Positions 1 to 9,050 of a stretch of 64,000 bases of DNA are shown here, piece after piece. This DNA comes from Candidatus Dojkabacteria bacterium (GTDB lineage Bacteria > Patescibacteriota > Dojkabacteria > J137). Under the pieces are notes generated by a model. It worked only from the letters and a program-made list of their open reading frames with translations. It had not been told where the DNA came from and made no database searches. How positions within the stretch are numbered: position 1 is the first letter of the stretch; each line of letters begins with the position of its first letter. Both the position numbers and the translations under genes were made by a program. The stretch is taken from assembly GCA_030834985.1 (NCBI GenBank), contig JAUQWV010000001.1:120979-184978 (forward strand), in the 5' to 3' direction.

Positions 1-421
1 CAAGCAACAACAGATCAGGATTAATTAAGTATGCAATAGCAAGATTAACTTTAGTTAGTTCGCCACCGCTTAAGGTGTTTAGTTTTTGATTCGGATCAAG
101 ATCTTTACCGCTAAAATGAGTTTTAAAAACTTCTAATACCTGCCACCACTCATCAAAATACTTGGATATATATTCATGGGCAGGTATCTTTTGATTTAAA
201 AGTTCTAAATCTAATTGAGGAACGTAATAGATAGTACCAAATAAAAATATACCTGTCTGTTGAGTGATGATTGCATTTAGTAATGAAGTTTTACCACTTC
301 CGTTTGCTCCAACTAGTCCGATTTTTTTATCTATAGATACAGAAGCAGAAACTTCTTTTAATAAAGTTTTGTTTTCGACTTCGATATTTAGTTTTTGGAT
401 TGATAGGATTTGCTTTGACAC
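1..421 (-). CDS. ABC transporter ATP-binding protein, N-terminal part (3' end beyond window edge); GTG start at 421
   Basis: Minus-strand translation reads VSKQILSIQKLNIEV...GLVGANGSGKTSLLN (Walker A)...NTLSGGELTKVNLAIA (ABC signature LSGGE), continuous to position 1. The listed + ORF 264..470 is antisense to it. Confidence 0.75.
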   Translation of the reverse strand, partial: MSKQILSIQKLNIEVENKTLLKEVSASVSIDKKIGLVGANGSGKTSLLNAIITQQTGIFLFGTIYYVPQLDLELLNQKIPAHEYISKYFDEWWQVLEVFKTHFSGKDLDPNQKLNTLSGGELTKVNLAIAYLINPDLLLL

Positions 422-467
422 ACAAAGATTATATCCTATTAGGTTGAAGATGTTTATGGATGTTGGT

Positions 468-498
468 TAGGGGCGCTGCTCAAGCGCCCCTAACCTGT
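468..498 (-). terminator. GC-rich perfect hairpin (13 bp stem ggttaggggcgct / agcgcccctaacc, 5 nt loop) downstream of the 518..883 gene
   Basis: Palindrome read directly from the sequence; it lies between the stop of the minus gene 518..883 and the GTG start of the ABC gene. Confidence 0.5.
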
Positions 499-517
499 AG
501 ATGATTGAGAGTATTGC

Positions 518-883
518 TTAGTTCAGGTAGGCGTTTTCTGGCGGGATACCGTACTTATAGTACATACTTTCTTCAAGCTCGCGTAGAAACGCGATTCGGT
601 CTTCCGCGTGTTTAATTCCTACACACAGCGCCATGAAGAATTTTTCGTACATAAACGGTCTGGTATCCATGCCTTGCGCCCACAAGTGGAATTCCCCGGC
701 AAGGAACACGCCTTCCTGCCACACCTGAAGGTGTAGTCCTACTTTCTCAGGATTAGGGCAGTCCTTGACGACGAAAACGGCGTTGATACCGTTATCCGCC
801 AGTCGGTTCTGCGCTTCTAAGCTGAGTCGTTCAAGAAGGTCTTTGGCTTCGCTGTAATCCGTGGACATTTCTACTCTCCTCAT
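518..883 (-). CDS. hypothetical 121 aa protein; visibly GC-rich relative to flanks; paralog of 1624..1974
   Basis: Intact ORF. Shares a conserved core with the 1624..1974 product (AVFVVKDCPNPEKVGLHLQV vs AIVHIDDCDENPEGEVCLQLII, plus N-terminal Y.EA.DLL.R). G+C by eye ~45-50% versus ~30% around it. Confidence 0.6.
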   Translation of the reverse strand: MRRVEMSTDYSEAKDLLERLSLEAQNRLADNGINAVFVVKDCPNPEKVGLHLQVWQEGVFLAGEFHLWAQGMDTRPFMYEKFFMALCVGIKHAEDRIAFLRELEESMYYKYGIPPENAYLN

Positions 884-984
884 TGTTTACGAGCTAATAA
901 TTTTATCAATTTTGTCGCCAGCTATCAATAACGCGTATATATAGATAATTTTGTAAAAGAGGACATGTGATATAAAATTCGTGA

Positions 985-1581
985 ATGGAAGATCAGAATT
1001 CGGAGAAAAAATTCAGTCGAAAAAAGATTAACTTTGAAACTTTTTTAAAGCTTGAAGAATTTGCAAGAGTTAATCCAACTCAGTTCAGACGTTTATGGCT
1101 GTTGTATCAATACCAGGTTTTTAGAGTAACTTTAGATTTTAGTACTGCTAATTTTATTATTAAAAGTTGGGTTGTAGATAACGCGCTGAGATCTAGGTAT
1201 CCTGAATATGTATATACAGCTACGCGATCTCAGCGCTTAGGTAAGATGTATGAACAAAAACAGGATGAATTTATTGATATGTATACAAAGCAGACTGCAG
1301 CTGAAGGTTTTGATATTTTTGATTATGCCATTAAGTCTGAGCCTGAGGATTTGTTGCATTTAACTGAAAAATCAGCCATATTCGTTGAAGATTTTTTTAG
1401 AAAGGTATTAAAACTTCCTGCTGATATATGGCAGGCAATTATTAGTGGCAACATTGAGGCTATGCAGAACGTCTATATCCCTTTACCTACAAGACTTGAG
1501 AAATACTTGGCAATAAGTCTAGCTTCTAATAACGGTAACTCGGATTTAGATGTTGATTGGGAATCTTTTTTTGAAAGTTGA
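985..1581 (+). CDS. hypothetical protein (198 aa)
   Basis: Intact AT-rich ORF flanked by the two GC-rich paralogs; no recognisable motif. Confidence 0.5.
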   Translation: MEDQNSEKKFSRKKINFETFLKLEEFARVNPTQFRRLWLLYQYQVFRVTLDFSTANFIIKSWVVDNALRSRYPEYVYTATRSQRLGKMYEQKQDEFIDMYTKQTAAEGFDIFDYAIKSEPEDLLHLTEKSAIFVEDFFRKVLKLPADIWQAIISGNIEAMQNVYIPLPTRLEKYLAISLASNNGNSDLDVDWESFFES

Positions 1582-1587
1582 GTATTT

Positions 1588-1620
1588 GGGAGCCGCGGCC
1601 TTTCAGGCGCGGCTCCCTTT
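1588..1620. terminator. GC-rich hairpin (gggagccgcg...cgcggctccc) followed by ttt; bidirectional terminator between convergent genes
   Basis: 10 bp perfect stem between the stop of 985..1581 (+) and the stop of 1624..1974 (-). Confidence 0.5.
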
Positions 1621-1623
1621 GAT

Positions 1624-1974
1624 TCAGTTCCAGACAGCTTCTGGACGAATCGATCCGTTCAGTATTTCTACAAGCTCCGATAACGACCGGAGCCCTTCTT
1701 TGAATACTTCCGCCGCTCTTTCTTGAAAGAGCAACGGGTCCATCGATTCGTATGTTTTATTCCATACCTCCTTTCTGAAACGGAATCTTGTTGCAAGAAT
1801 GGTGGCTTCTATTATCAACTGAAGACATACTTCGCCTTCAGGGTTTTCGTCGCAATCGTCAATGTGAACGATTGCGTCTGGGAGCCCACCCATTCCGTCT
1901 TCGCCCTCTCTCAGCCCTAGTTCTATTACTTTGGCTGTTCTTGCGAGAAGGTCTAACGCCTCGTGATACTTCAT
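1624..1974 (-). CDS. hypothetical 116 aa protein; GC-rich; paralog of 518..883
   Basis: See 518..883; shared DC(D/P)ENPE..V.L.LQ core; elevated G+C by eye. Confidence 0.6.
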   Translation of the reverse strand: MKYHEALDLLARTAKVIELGLREGEDGMGGLPDAIVHIDDCDENPEGEVCLQLIIEATILATRFRFRKEVWNKTYESMDPLLFQERAAEVFKEGLRSLSELVEILNGSIRPEAVWN

Positions 1975-2065
1975 GTCAGTCCCCTACCTTCTAGAGCGGC
2001 ACTATATATAACTTACGAGCACCGAATTTTAACAAATAATTATGTTATTGGAAACTGTAAACAAA

Positions 2066-2091
2066 GCGGCTCTTCAAAGAAGAGCCGCTTG
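2066..2091 (-). terminator. hairpin aagcggctcttc-aaa-gaagagccgctt downstream of 2115..2525
   Basis: Perfect 12 bp inverted repeat seen in the sequence. Confidence 0.4.
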
Positions 2092-2114
2092 TAAAATCAC
2101 TGATTAGTAGGGAG

Positions 2115-2525
2115 TTAAGCTGCGTTTTTCTTTACATTTTCTTCAAAATCCTTTTTTAACTGCTCTACTTGTTCTCTAATTTTTTCTCCTAAATTACCAG
2201 CATCCTCTTCTGCGGATTCTCTGGCATTCTTAATATCTTCTGATATAGCTTTTAATTGAGCTTTAAAGTCTTTTGCTTGATCGCTTTTTTCTATCTCTGC
2301 TTTTAATTCTTCAAAAGAAGCAGCTAGTTTATCTAAGAAATCTCCTCTTAGATTATCAACTAGTTCCTCTCCTTTTTCTTTTGCAGTATTTAAGCCCTCT
2401 GCAATTTTCTTTCTATTTTCTTCATCACTTAATATTTTTGCTGCAGCAACACCGGCTCCTACAACAGCAGCTCCGGCCAACACCTTACCTACAATGTTGT
2501 TATTGTTTTTCTTGTTATTCGCCAT
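2115..2525 (-). CDS. small membrane-anchored coiled-coil protein (YtxH-like architecture)
   Basis: N-terminal Gly/Ala-rich hydrophobic segment VLAGAAVVGAGVAAA followed by ~100 aa of charged, heptad-like sequence. Confidence 0.5.
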   Translation of the reverse strand: MANNKKNNNNIVGKVLAGAAVVGAGVAAAKILSDEENRKKIAEGLNTAKEKGEELVDNLRGDFLDKLAASFEELKAEIEKSDQAKDFKAQLKAISEDIKNARESAEEDAGNLGEKIREQVEQLKKDFEENVKKNAA

Positions 2526-2626
2526 ATATATTAAATAACAATTAAAGTAACTACCATTATCAGTATACCCTATAGGTGTTATTTAATATACCCAAGACAG
2601 CGTATTTCCTTTACCACACTGCTTTT

Positions 2627-4102
2627 TTAATCGATTCCTAACCAAACTAGTTTAGGTTTAAAATACAAAACAGAGTCGTTACTTACTTTAATACTTAATA
2701 ATTCTTTTTCTTCCTTAGTTTGAATATCAACTATTCTATACTCAATAATTGTTTCTGTTGCTGCGTTATAGTTTCGGTAGTAAGAAAGAGTGTTTTTTGC
2801 TGGGTTATAAATAAAATTGTATAGATCTTGAGGTAATTTAATAGATTCTATAGGTGACATTGTATTATCTTCATTGTTATATCTATTTATTGTGTATATG
2901 CGGTCACCGGAATAGTTCTCTGTATCTTCTGGTAATGAAGTTAACAAATATATGTCGTCACTACCAATTACTTCAATCTGATGCGTTGTTTCACTTTTTT
3001 CTAAATCTCTAATTTTTGTTAAAGATTTATCGTTAATGTTAAGTCTGTTGATACTTGGTCTATTTGTCTCAGGTGGATTGTAAGGATAATAATTCTGCAC
3101 AATAGCGTTTTCATTTTTTGCAGTTATAATGCTAAGAGATCCTGAATGTTGAACCTCGTTATATATATCAGTAAAATTTCTGTCCTTTAAGGCAAAAGCT
3201 TTTTGATATCCTGCATAGCCGCAGCCCAGGTACATAGAAACAACATTGTTAATAATATTTTTGTTATATGGTACGCAGTCTGGATTACCGTCTGTTAAAA
3301 CGGAAAATTTTGAAATATTAGAATCCGCTATATTGTAAAGGAGTAATTCGTTACCTTGAAGTAGAATGATTTTTGTATTATCACTATCGTATCCAACTAG
3401 TTTAATCTCGTGTGCACCAAGCCTATTACTTAAATCATAAGGTAGATACGAAGTATTATATCCTGCAGCAATATCATCTACGTATTCAACATAACTTACC
3501 GGATAACTAATCAATTCATCATACTCGTTTACATATACACTATAACTATTAGGATATATAACAATCTTTTTGTTATATACCTGCTGGTTTGTAGCTCCTA
3601 GATCAATTCTGTCTGTAGACCAAATTAGCTTATTTTCTCCTGTTTCTAAGTTCAGTTCAAAAACTTTGAATGCTATGGGATCAAATTTAAGCTTAGAAAC
3701 ATCCATATTAGATGCGAAAATTTTGTTCTTGTAATCTTTATCAGACAAACTGTAAGTAATTCTTTTTTTATCAGGCGATATAACATAGTCCATTATTTTT
3801 TCATCACCTGATACTAACTCTAGTTGCTTAACTTTATCTAATGTTGATGCAACAAGCTTATTATCATCTGTATTGTAAATAAAATCGTAGTTATCATAGA
3901 TTTTATCAGATGCTATATTTGGAGCAATTTGAACTTCAGGGGTCTTAGAACCATTTAGGACCAAGGCTATAACTGCAATCATACACAGCAGTACTACTGA
4001 AACAATCGCTGCTGCAATTTTAAATTTCCGTGTTTTGGCTAACGTTTTAAGTTTAGATAGTCTTGAAGCCTTTGTTTCGCCTTGGAGAGCTTGGGTTTCC
4101 AT
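2627..4102 (-). CDS. hypothetical membrane-anchored protein (491 aa), large extracytoplasmic domain
   Basis: One N-terminal TM helix (IAAAIVSVVLLCMIAVIALVL); the rest is polar and Tyr/Asn-rich, beta-rich-looking. Confidence 0.55.
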   Translation of the reverse strand: METQALQGETKASRLSKLKTLAKTRKFKIAAAIVSVVLLCMIAVIALVLNGSKTPEVQIAPNIASDKIYDNYDFIYNTDDNKLVASTLDKVKQLELVSGDEKIMDYVISPDKKRITYSLSDKDYKNKIFASNMDVSKLKFDPIAFKVFELNLETGENKLIWSTDRIDLGATNQQVYNKKIVIYPNSYSVYVNEYDELISYPVSYVEYVDDIAAGYNTSYLPYDLSNRLGAHEIKLVGYDSDNTKIILLQGNELLLYNIADSNISKFSVLTDGNPDCVPYNKNIINNVVSMYLGCGYAGYQKAFALKDRNFTDIYNEVQHSGSLSIITAKNENAIVQNYYPYNPPETNRPSINRLNINDKSLTKIRDLEKSETTHQIEVIGSDDIYLLTSLPEDTENYSGDRIYTINRYNNEDNTMSPIESIKLPQDLYNFIYNPAKNTLSYYRNYNAATETIIEYRIVDIQTKEEKELLSIKVSNDSVLYFKPKLVWLGID

Positions 4103-4209
4103 AGGAAAAAATATAAAAATGTTACATTAATTGTACTAAAATCATCTTACAAAATCTCTACATTTAAGAAAATCTGCGATTTTGCTATACTTACAAAGCT
4201 TACGTTGAT

Positions 4210-4284
4210 GGTGTTGTGGCCAAGTAGTAAGGCGAGAGTCTGCAAAACTCTTATGCGCGGGTGCAAATCCCGCCAACACCTCCA
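4210..4284 (+). tRNA. tRNA-Cys (GCA), CCA encoded
   Basis: Cloverleaf folded by hand: acceptor ggtgttg/caacacc, anticodon stem agagt/actct with loop ctGCAaa, T-stem gcggg/cccgc, discriminator t plus cca. The T-loop reads tGcaaat (G at position 55). Confidence 0.8.
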
Positions 4285-4298
4285 TTTTGAACTACCGG

Positions 4299-4389
4299 GG
4301 AGAGGTCGCATAGTTGGTCTAGTGCGCAGTCCTGGAAAGACTGTTTCCTCGCAAGGGGAACGCAGGTTCGAATCCTGTCCTCTCCGCCA
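4299..4389 (+). tRNA. tRNA-Ser (GGA), class II with long variable arm, CCA encoded
   Basis: Acceptor ggagagg/cctctcc, anticodon stem cagtc/gactg with loop ctGGAaa, 18 nt variable arm, T-loop ttcgaat, discriminator g plus cca. Confidence 0.8.
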
Positions 4390-4624
4390 TTTTTAAATGG
4401 TTCCACAAGACCTGCCTACCTCCTTCTGGTATCTTGAACGGTATTGTACATTGGCTTTCAGTAATTGCCAAATTCACAAAAAGTGCCTATTTTGCTCAAA
4501 AATAGCCATTATCGACTTTTAAACTTACCTCTCTGGTTCTAAGCTTTTTTGTTGCGGGTGTTGTGTATTCTTGATCGATGATTCTCGTTCTAATTTCGTT
4601 CCTCCCTTTTGATATAATTACTTT

Positions 4625-4858
4625 ATGAATAAAGAAAAGGATGTAAAAAAACAACATTACGTTCCACAAGTGTATTTGAGGAGATTTTCAATAAAAAATC
4701 AAATTAATGTATTGGATAAATTTAATGATAAATCTTACCCATCTAATATTAAAGATGTAGCTGAGGAAAATAGATTTTATGATATTCCTATCCCATCAGA
4801 AATAATTGAATTGGCTAAGAAGTCCGGAATAGAAATTGATCATCAATTTGTATTTTGA
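4625..4858 (+). pseudogene. truncated DUF4238-family gene (77 aa N-terminal fragment)
   Basis: N-terminus carries the HYVPQVYLRRF signature typical of DUF4238 proteins, which are normally ~300 aa. The ORF stops after 77 codons, directly downstream of the tRNA pair. Confidence 0.45.
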
Positions 4859-4928
4859 TGCAAGGCCATTGAATATCTATAGGTGATATAATCTTAAACA
4901 TCTATTTCGGATCTAGCTAATTTCTAAT

Positions 4929-5978
4929 ATGGCGAATATAAATTTTGATAGGGAGTACTATAAAAATTTAATAGCGAAGCACGGGTATCAAGAGCTGAAT
5001 ATTTCTGCAATAGATTTCAATCTTGGCGATATTAACAAAGATATATTACAGAGAAAATGGTTGTGTCACAGTAAAGGCTATATATTTGCAAAAGAACTTC
5101 TAGATAAAAAATCAATTGTAACAACTGGTATAGGAATAAGTGGTGCTCCACATATGGGCACTTTAGGACAAATTTTTAATTCTATATTCCTTCAGAACCA
5201 TGGTATTAATACGCAATTTGTATTAGGAGATTTAGATGCTTACAACGGTAAAAAACTTTCATTATCTTACGTAAAAGAACTTTCAGAACAGTATAAATCA
5301 TTTATTACTAAGTTAGGCTATTCTACAACGGATGGAAATATACTAAGGAATCAATTTGATGCAAGTGAAGTAACTAGGACAATGTATCTAATTGCAAAAT
5401 TTATAGAAGATAAAGATTTTGATAATGTGGAAGAAGATCTTCACAATTTTTATTCTGATAAAGGAAAAGTAGATAAGGATATGTCATTTAGACGTAAGAC
5501 TTCTCTTACTCTTATGACTGCAGATTTTATAGATCTTGTTATCAATCACAGTTTTACTAACGTGTTAGTTACATTAGGAGTAGATGAACATAAGTATGTT
5601 TTGTTTTCAGAAAAGATTCTAGAAAGAGTTATAGAGTCCGGTGAAATACTACCAAGCGACAGTATTATAAATTTTGGAGCAATGTACACTCACATAATTA
5701 GAGGCTTTAATAACTACCCTAAAATGTCGAAATCATTCCCTGATTCTTCGATAAATATTGAAATGAAATCAGATGAAATAAGAAATAGAATTTTGAATGA
5801 AAGAACAAACAAAATTCCAGAAGAAGACACTGTATATCAAATGATGTGTCTAGTAAGTAAATTTAATAGTGAGGAACTGTCAAAAAGATATATTGCATGC
5901 AAAGAAGATAAAGCATTATGGATGAAATATAAAAACGACTATATAGAATACTTGATAGATATTTTTAAACTGTGGTGA
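4929..5978 (+). CDS. class I aminoacyl-tRNA synthetase paralog, TrpRS/TyrRS family, divergent (349 aa)
   Basis: HIGH-region-like GIGISGAPHMGTLGQ, FVLGDLDA, and an intact KMSKS (YPKMSKSFPDSSINI...IRNRI). It has an extra ~65 aa N-terminal extension. First gene of a tightly packed operon. Confidence 0.6.
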   Translation: MANINFDREYYKNLIAKHGYQELNISAIDFNLGDINKDILQRKWLCHSKGYIFAKELLDKKSIVTTGIGISGAPHMGTLGQIFNSIFLQNHGINTQFVLGDLDAYNGKKLSLSYVKELSEQYKSFITKLGYSTTDGNILRNQFDASEVTRTMYLIAKFIEDKDFDNVEEDLHNFYSDKGKVDKDMSFRRKTSLTLMTADFIDLVINHSFTNVLVTLGVDEHKYVLFSEKILERVIESGEILPSDSIINFGAMYTHIIRGFNNYPKMSKSFPDSSINIEMKSDEIRNRILNERTNKIPEEDTVYQMMCLVSKFNSEELSKRYIACKEDKALWMKYKNDYIEYLIDIFKLW

Positions 5979-5979
5979 A

Positions 5980-7107
5980 ATGAAAAAATTTGCAAATGGC
6001 ATACAATTTAATAACCCTTTACACGAAGCGATATATCGGATAAACGTTGGACAAGATATAACTGAAGAGATGGCATACAATGCTTTTAGCTATACACTTA
6101 ACATTGAGGATGAAATTAATCGTGGAGTCTGCTTAGGAGTACTACTAAATGGTATAGTTTCCAAAAGACCCCAAATACATGAAATTCTCGGGATATTAAA
6201 AGCAACTCTTGACTATGATGGGATAGATATTACAAATCAAAAAAGATTGGAGATGCCTAACAATGCCCGAGTTATAGGCTATGCAGGGAGCGGTAAGAAA
6301 GGTATAAAAACTATTAATGTGTCTTCTTGCGCAGCCATCGTTGCTGCCACAGCGGGTACTTATGTGGCAAAATCATGTTCTGGTTCTACATCGTCTGTAT
6401 CAGGTTCTGCAGATTTCATTGAAATTTTAGGTGCCAATATTAGCCAAACTAATGAAGAGATGATAGATATAATGAAAAAGACTGGCTTAGGTTTCTTTAA
6501 AATTGAAAAAATGATCCCTAAGTTTGATAAGGTATATGGAGGTCATTTCTATGCACCTAATGCTCTAAGCTTTGGATTAGCAGGTATTTTATTGCCTTTT
6601 AGACCTGACAATTTATTTTACGGTTTAGCCCATCCTAATATTCACTTACTTATAAATGTACTAAAAGAATTAAATTATCGTTATGCATTCGTTGCATCAA
6701 CAACTGATGATGGAGTGCACTTTCTTGATGAGATTGGAATATTTGGTATGACTTCGGTTATTGGTATTCAGGAACATAAAATTGGTCATACTCTTACTTT
6801 CTCCCCAGCAGAAGATTTAAAATTACAAGGATACAATAGAAGTTCAATTGAACCAGGTAAGACTAGATTGGAGAATGTGAAAATGGGTGTCGATGTTTTA
6901 AGAGGGAAAGGCCAAATAGCTCATGAAGATTTGATTTGTGTAAATGCAGGAACCTTACTATGTTTAGACAAAAAAGCTAAAGACTTAACGGAAGGTTACA
7001 CTATATCAAAAGAGACTATCAAATCAGGGAAAGCAATAGAAAAATTAACTGAATTTATTACTGCAACTGGTGGTGATCTCAATACTTTAAATCAGTTTTT
7101 AGACTAA
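5980..7107 (+). CDS. glycosyltransferase family 3 fold protein (TrpD / nucleoside phosphorylase-like), divergent
   Basis: INVSSCAAIVAATAGTYVAKSCSGSTSSVSGSADFIEILGANI aligns by eye with the TrpD core [38 protein letters not shown]. The phosphate-loop GTGGD is replaced by GSGKKG and KHGNR by KSCSG. Confidence 0.55.
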   Translation: MKKFANGIQFNNPLHEAIYRINVGQDITEEMAYNAFSYTLNIEDEINRGVCLGVLLNGIVSKRPQIHEILGILKATLDYDGIDITNQKRLEMPNNARVIGYAGSGKKGIKTINVSSCAAIVAATAGTYVAKSCSGSTSSVSGSADFIEILGANISQTNEEMIDIMKKTGLGFFKIEKMIPKFDKVYGGHFYAPNALSFGLAGILLPFRPDNLFYGLAHPNIHLLINVLKELNYRYAFVASTTDDGVHFLDEIGIFGMTSVIGIQEHKIGHTLTFSPAEDLKLQGYNRSSIEPGKTRLENVKMGVDVLRGKGQIAHEDLICVNAGTLLCLDKKAKDLTEGYTISKETIKSGKAIEKLTEFITATGGDLNTLNQFLD

Positions 7108-8127
7108 TTGAAGGCAATAAAAATTTATAAAAATAAAATAGAATATACAGATATACATGAACCAAAAGTTGATGAAAAGTTTAATGTATTAGTAAGAGTA
7201 ATGTCAGTTGGTTTATGTGGAAGCGATGTACAAAGAATAGATTTTATTAATTCAAATAATCAAGAAATAAACCATCCAGTTTTAGGTCATGAAATTTCTG
7301 GAATTATCGAAGAAATAAAAGGAGAACAAGCTACTTTTAAAGTAGGAGATAGGGTGGCAATCGAACCTATTATCTACTGTAACAGTTGTAAATATTGCAC
7401 CGAAGGGAATTTCCAGTTTTGCGAAAATATCATTGCTTTAGGTAAAACTATTAATGGGGGATTTGCACAAAAAGTAGTTGTGCCAATAGAAAATATACAT
7501 AAACTACAAGATGATATAGACTTTGACACAGGAACTTTACTTGACCTATGCTCTGTCTGTGTACATATTCATAATTTAGCAGGTGATTTTTCAGGAAAAA
7601 ATATTGCAATAATTGGTGATGGTGCAGTAGGACTAATGACCGCAACATTTGTTGAAATATATGGTGGTAAAGCAATTATTATAGGAAAAAGGAAGAATGG
7701 TGGTTATAACTTTGTAAATTTTGAAGATGTTAGGAAACTAAAAGAAATCGAATCTACTTTTGACATAGTTATAGAAACAGTCGGTAGAAAAAATCTCACT
7801 TCCCTTAATCAAGCAATATCATTGAGCAAAATAAAGGGAAAGATTGTTGTCGCAGGTGTATTCGCACCAGAGTTTATGTTGCCAATAACTGCACGAACAC
7901 TTTTTTATAAAGAAATTACTCTTGTTGGAGCTAACTCATATAGTTATGATCATAATAAATCAAGAAGTGAAACTTTGTATGCAATTGAAATATTAAACAA
8001 ACATTATAAGAAGCTGAGTAATCTTATAACTCACAAGTACCCTCTTCAGAAATTTGAGGATGGACTTAATGCATTTAGAAATAAGGACACAAGTCATGCA
8101 ATAAAAATAGTATTTAACCCAAGCTAA
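7108..8127 (+). CDS. zinc-dependent alcohol dehydrogenase (MDR superfamily; sorbitol/threonine dehydrogenase-like); TTG start
   Basis: GLCGSDVQ, GHEISGII...GDRVAIEP, the structural-zinc Cys cluster CNSCKYCTEGNFQFC, and the Rossmann motif IAIIGDGAVG. Confidence 0.75.
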   Translation: MKAIKIYKNKIEYTDIHEPKVDEKFNVLVRVMSVGLCGSDVQRIDFINSNNQEINHPVLGHEISGIIEEIKGEQATFKVGDRVAIEPIIYCNSCKYCTEGNFQFCENIIALGKTINGGFAQKVVVPIENIHKLQDDIDFDTGTLLDLCSVCVHIHNLAGDFSGKNIAIIGDGAVGLMTATFVEIYGGKAIIIGKRKNGGYNFVNFEDVRKLKEIESTFDIVIETVGRKNLTSLNQAISLSKIKGKIVVAGVFAPEFMLPITARTLFYKEITLVGANSYSYDHNKSRSETLYAIEILNKHYKKLSNLITHKYPLQKFEDGLNAFRNKDTSHAIKIVFNPS

Positions 8128-8148
8128 TTTAACTTTTATTAAAATTTT

Positions 8149-9045
8149 ATGAGTACAAAAGAAGAGTTATATAAAAAATATCCTTGGTTAGAAGTAACAA
8201 CTACAATGGTTGATTATGTAAAGCCTAGTTACTACGATAAGATTATTAAGGAATACGAATATAAAGGAAAGAGTGATTTAGACTATACAATTGATTTTCT
8301 AAAAGATCAGACAAGAAAGGATTTGAGTGTTGTTGAGTTTGGAGCAGGTACAGGTAGAGGAACAAAACTTATAATGGAAAATATCGATTTTGATAAGCTA
8401 ACTCTTGTGGATCTAAGTCCTCAAATGATGGAGACTCTAAAAGAATTATTCAGCAAAGATTCTCGGGTACAGTTTGCACAAAGTGATCACCTAAACTTTA
8501 TGGAATCTACTGAGGATGTGTTCGATTTAATGGTGACACTATGGAGTTTATCTCACTCTATCCATCAACATTTTGGAAGAAATAAGGGAGATGATACTAA
8601 GATAGTTCAAATATTAAAAAAGTTCTTCACTAATAATATATCTAAGGAAGGAAAAGCATTCATTATCCACTTCGATACACTATCGGATGAGCAAAGAATT
8701 TTAACTAAACAATGGGCCAAAGTTTATCCTACCTTTGCTGATTATTACCACAATAAAATTCAATCTCCTTCTAAACAAATTGTTGATAAAGTATTAAATC
8801 AACTAAATGAGAGCAATACTATTTCATACAATTGTGAACATATAATAGGAGATGAAATTATATATAAAGATATGAATGAAGCTTTAGAGGTCTTCATGAA
8901 TTTTCATTTAGAATCACATTTCAATCAATTGGATATTGTCGAAGAAGTTGTAGAAGATTTAACAAATGAACTAAATAAATATAAAGACGAAGATGGAACA
9001 ATCAGAGTTAAGCCAGGCTTTTTCCTATACACTATAACAAGATAA
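8149..9045 (+). CDS. class I SAM-dependent methyltransferase
   Basis: Motif I VVEFGAGTGRGT followed by an acidic loop (LVDLSPQM). Confidence 0.6.
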   Translation: MSTKEELYKKYPWLEVTTTMVDYVKPSYYDKIIKEYEYKGKSDLDYTIDFLKDQTRKDLSVVEFGAGTGRGTKLIMENIDFDKLTLVDLSPQMMETLKELFSKDSRVQFAQSDHLNFMESTEDVFDLMVTLWSLSHSIHQHFGRNKGDDTKIVQILKKFFTNNISKEGKAFIIHFDTLSDEQRILTKQWAKVYPTFADYYHNKIQSPSKQIVDKVLNQLNESNTISYNCEHIIGDEIIYKDMNEALEVFMNFHLESHFNQLDIVEEVVEDLTNELNKYKDEDGTIRVKPGFFLYTITR

Positions 9046-9050
9046 TTGAA

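Noticed and set aside
264-470. 68 aa + strand ORF at the window start
   Set aside because: It is antisense to a well-supported ABC ATPase N-terminus (Walker A and signature motif on the minus strand).
4082-4396. 104 aa ORF on the + strand
   Set aside because: It lies exactly over the tRNA-Cys and tRNA-Ser genes, so it is an artefact of reading through structured RNA genes.
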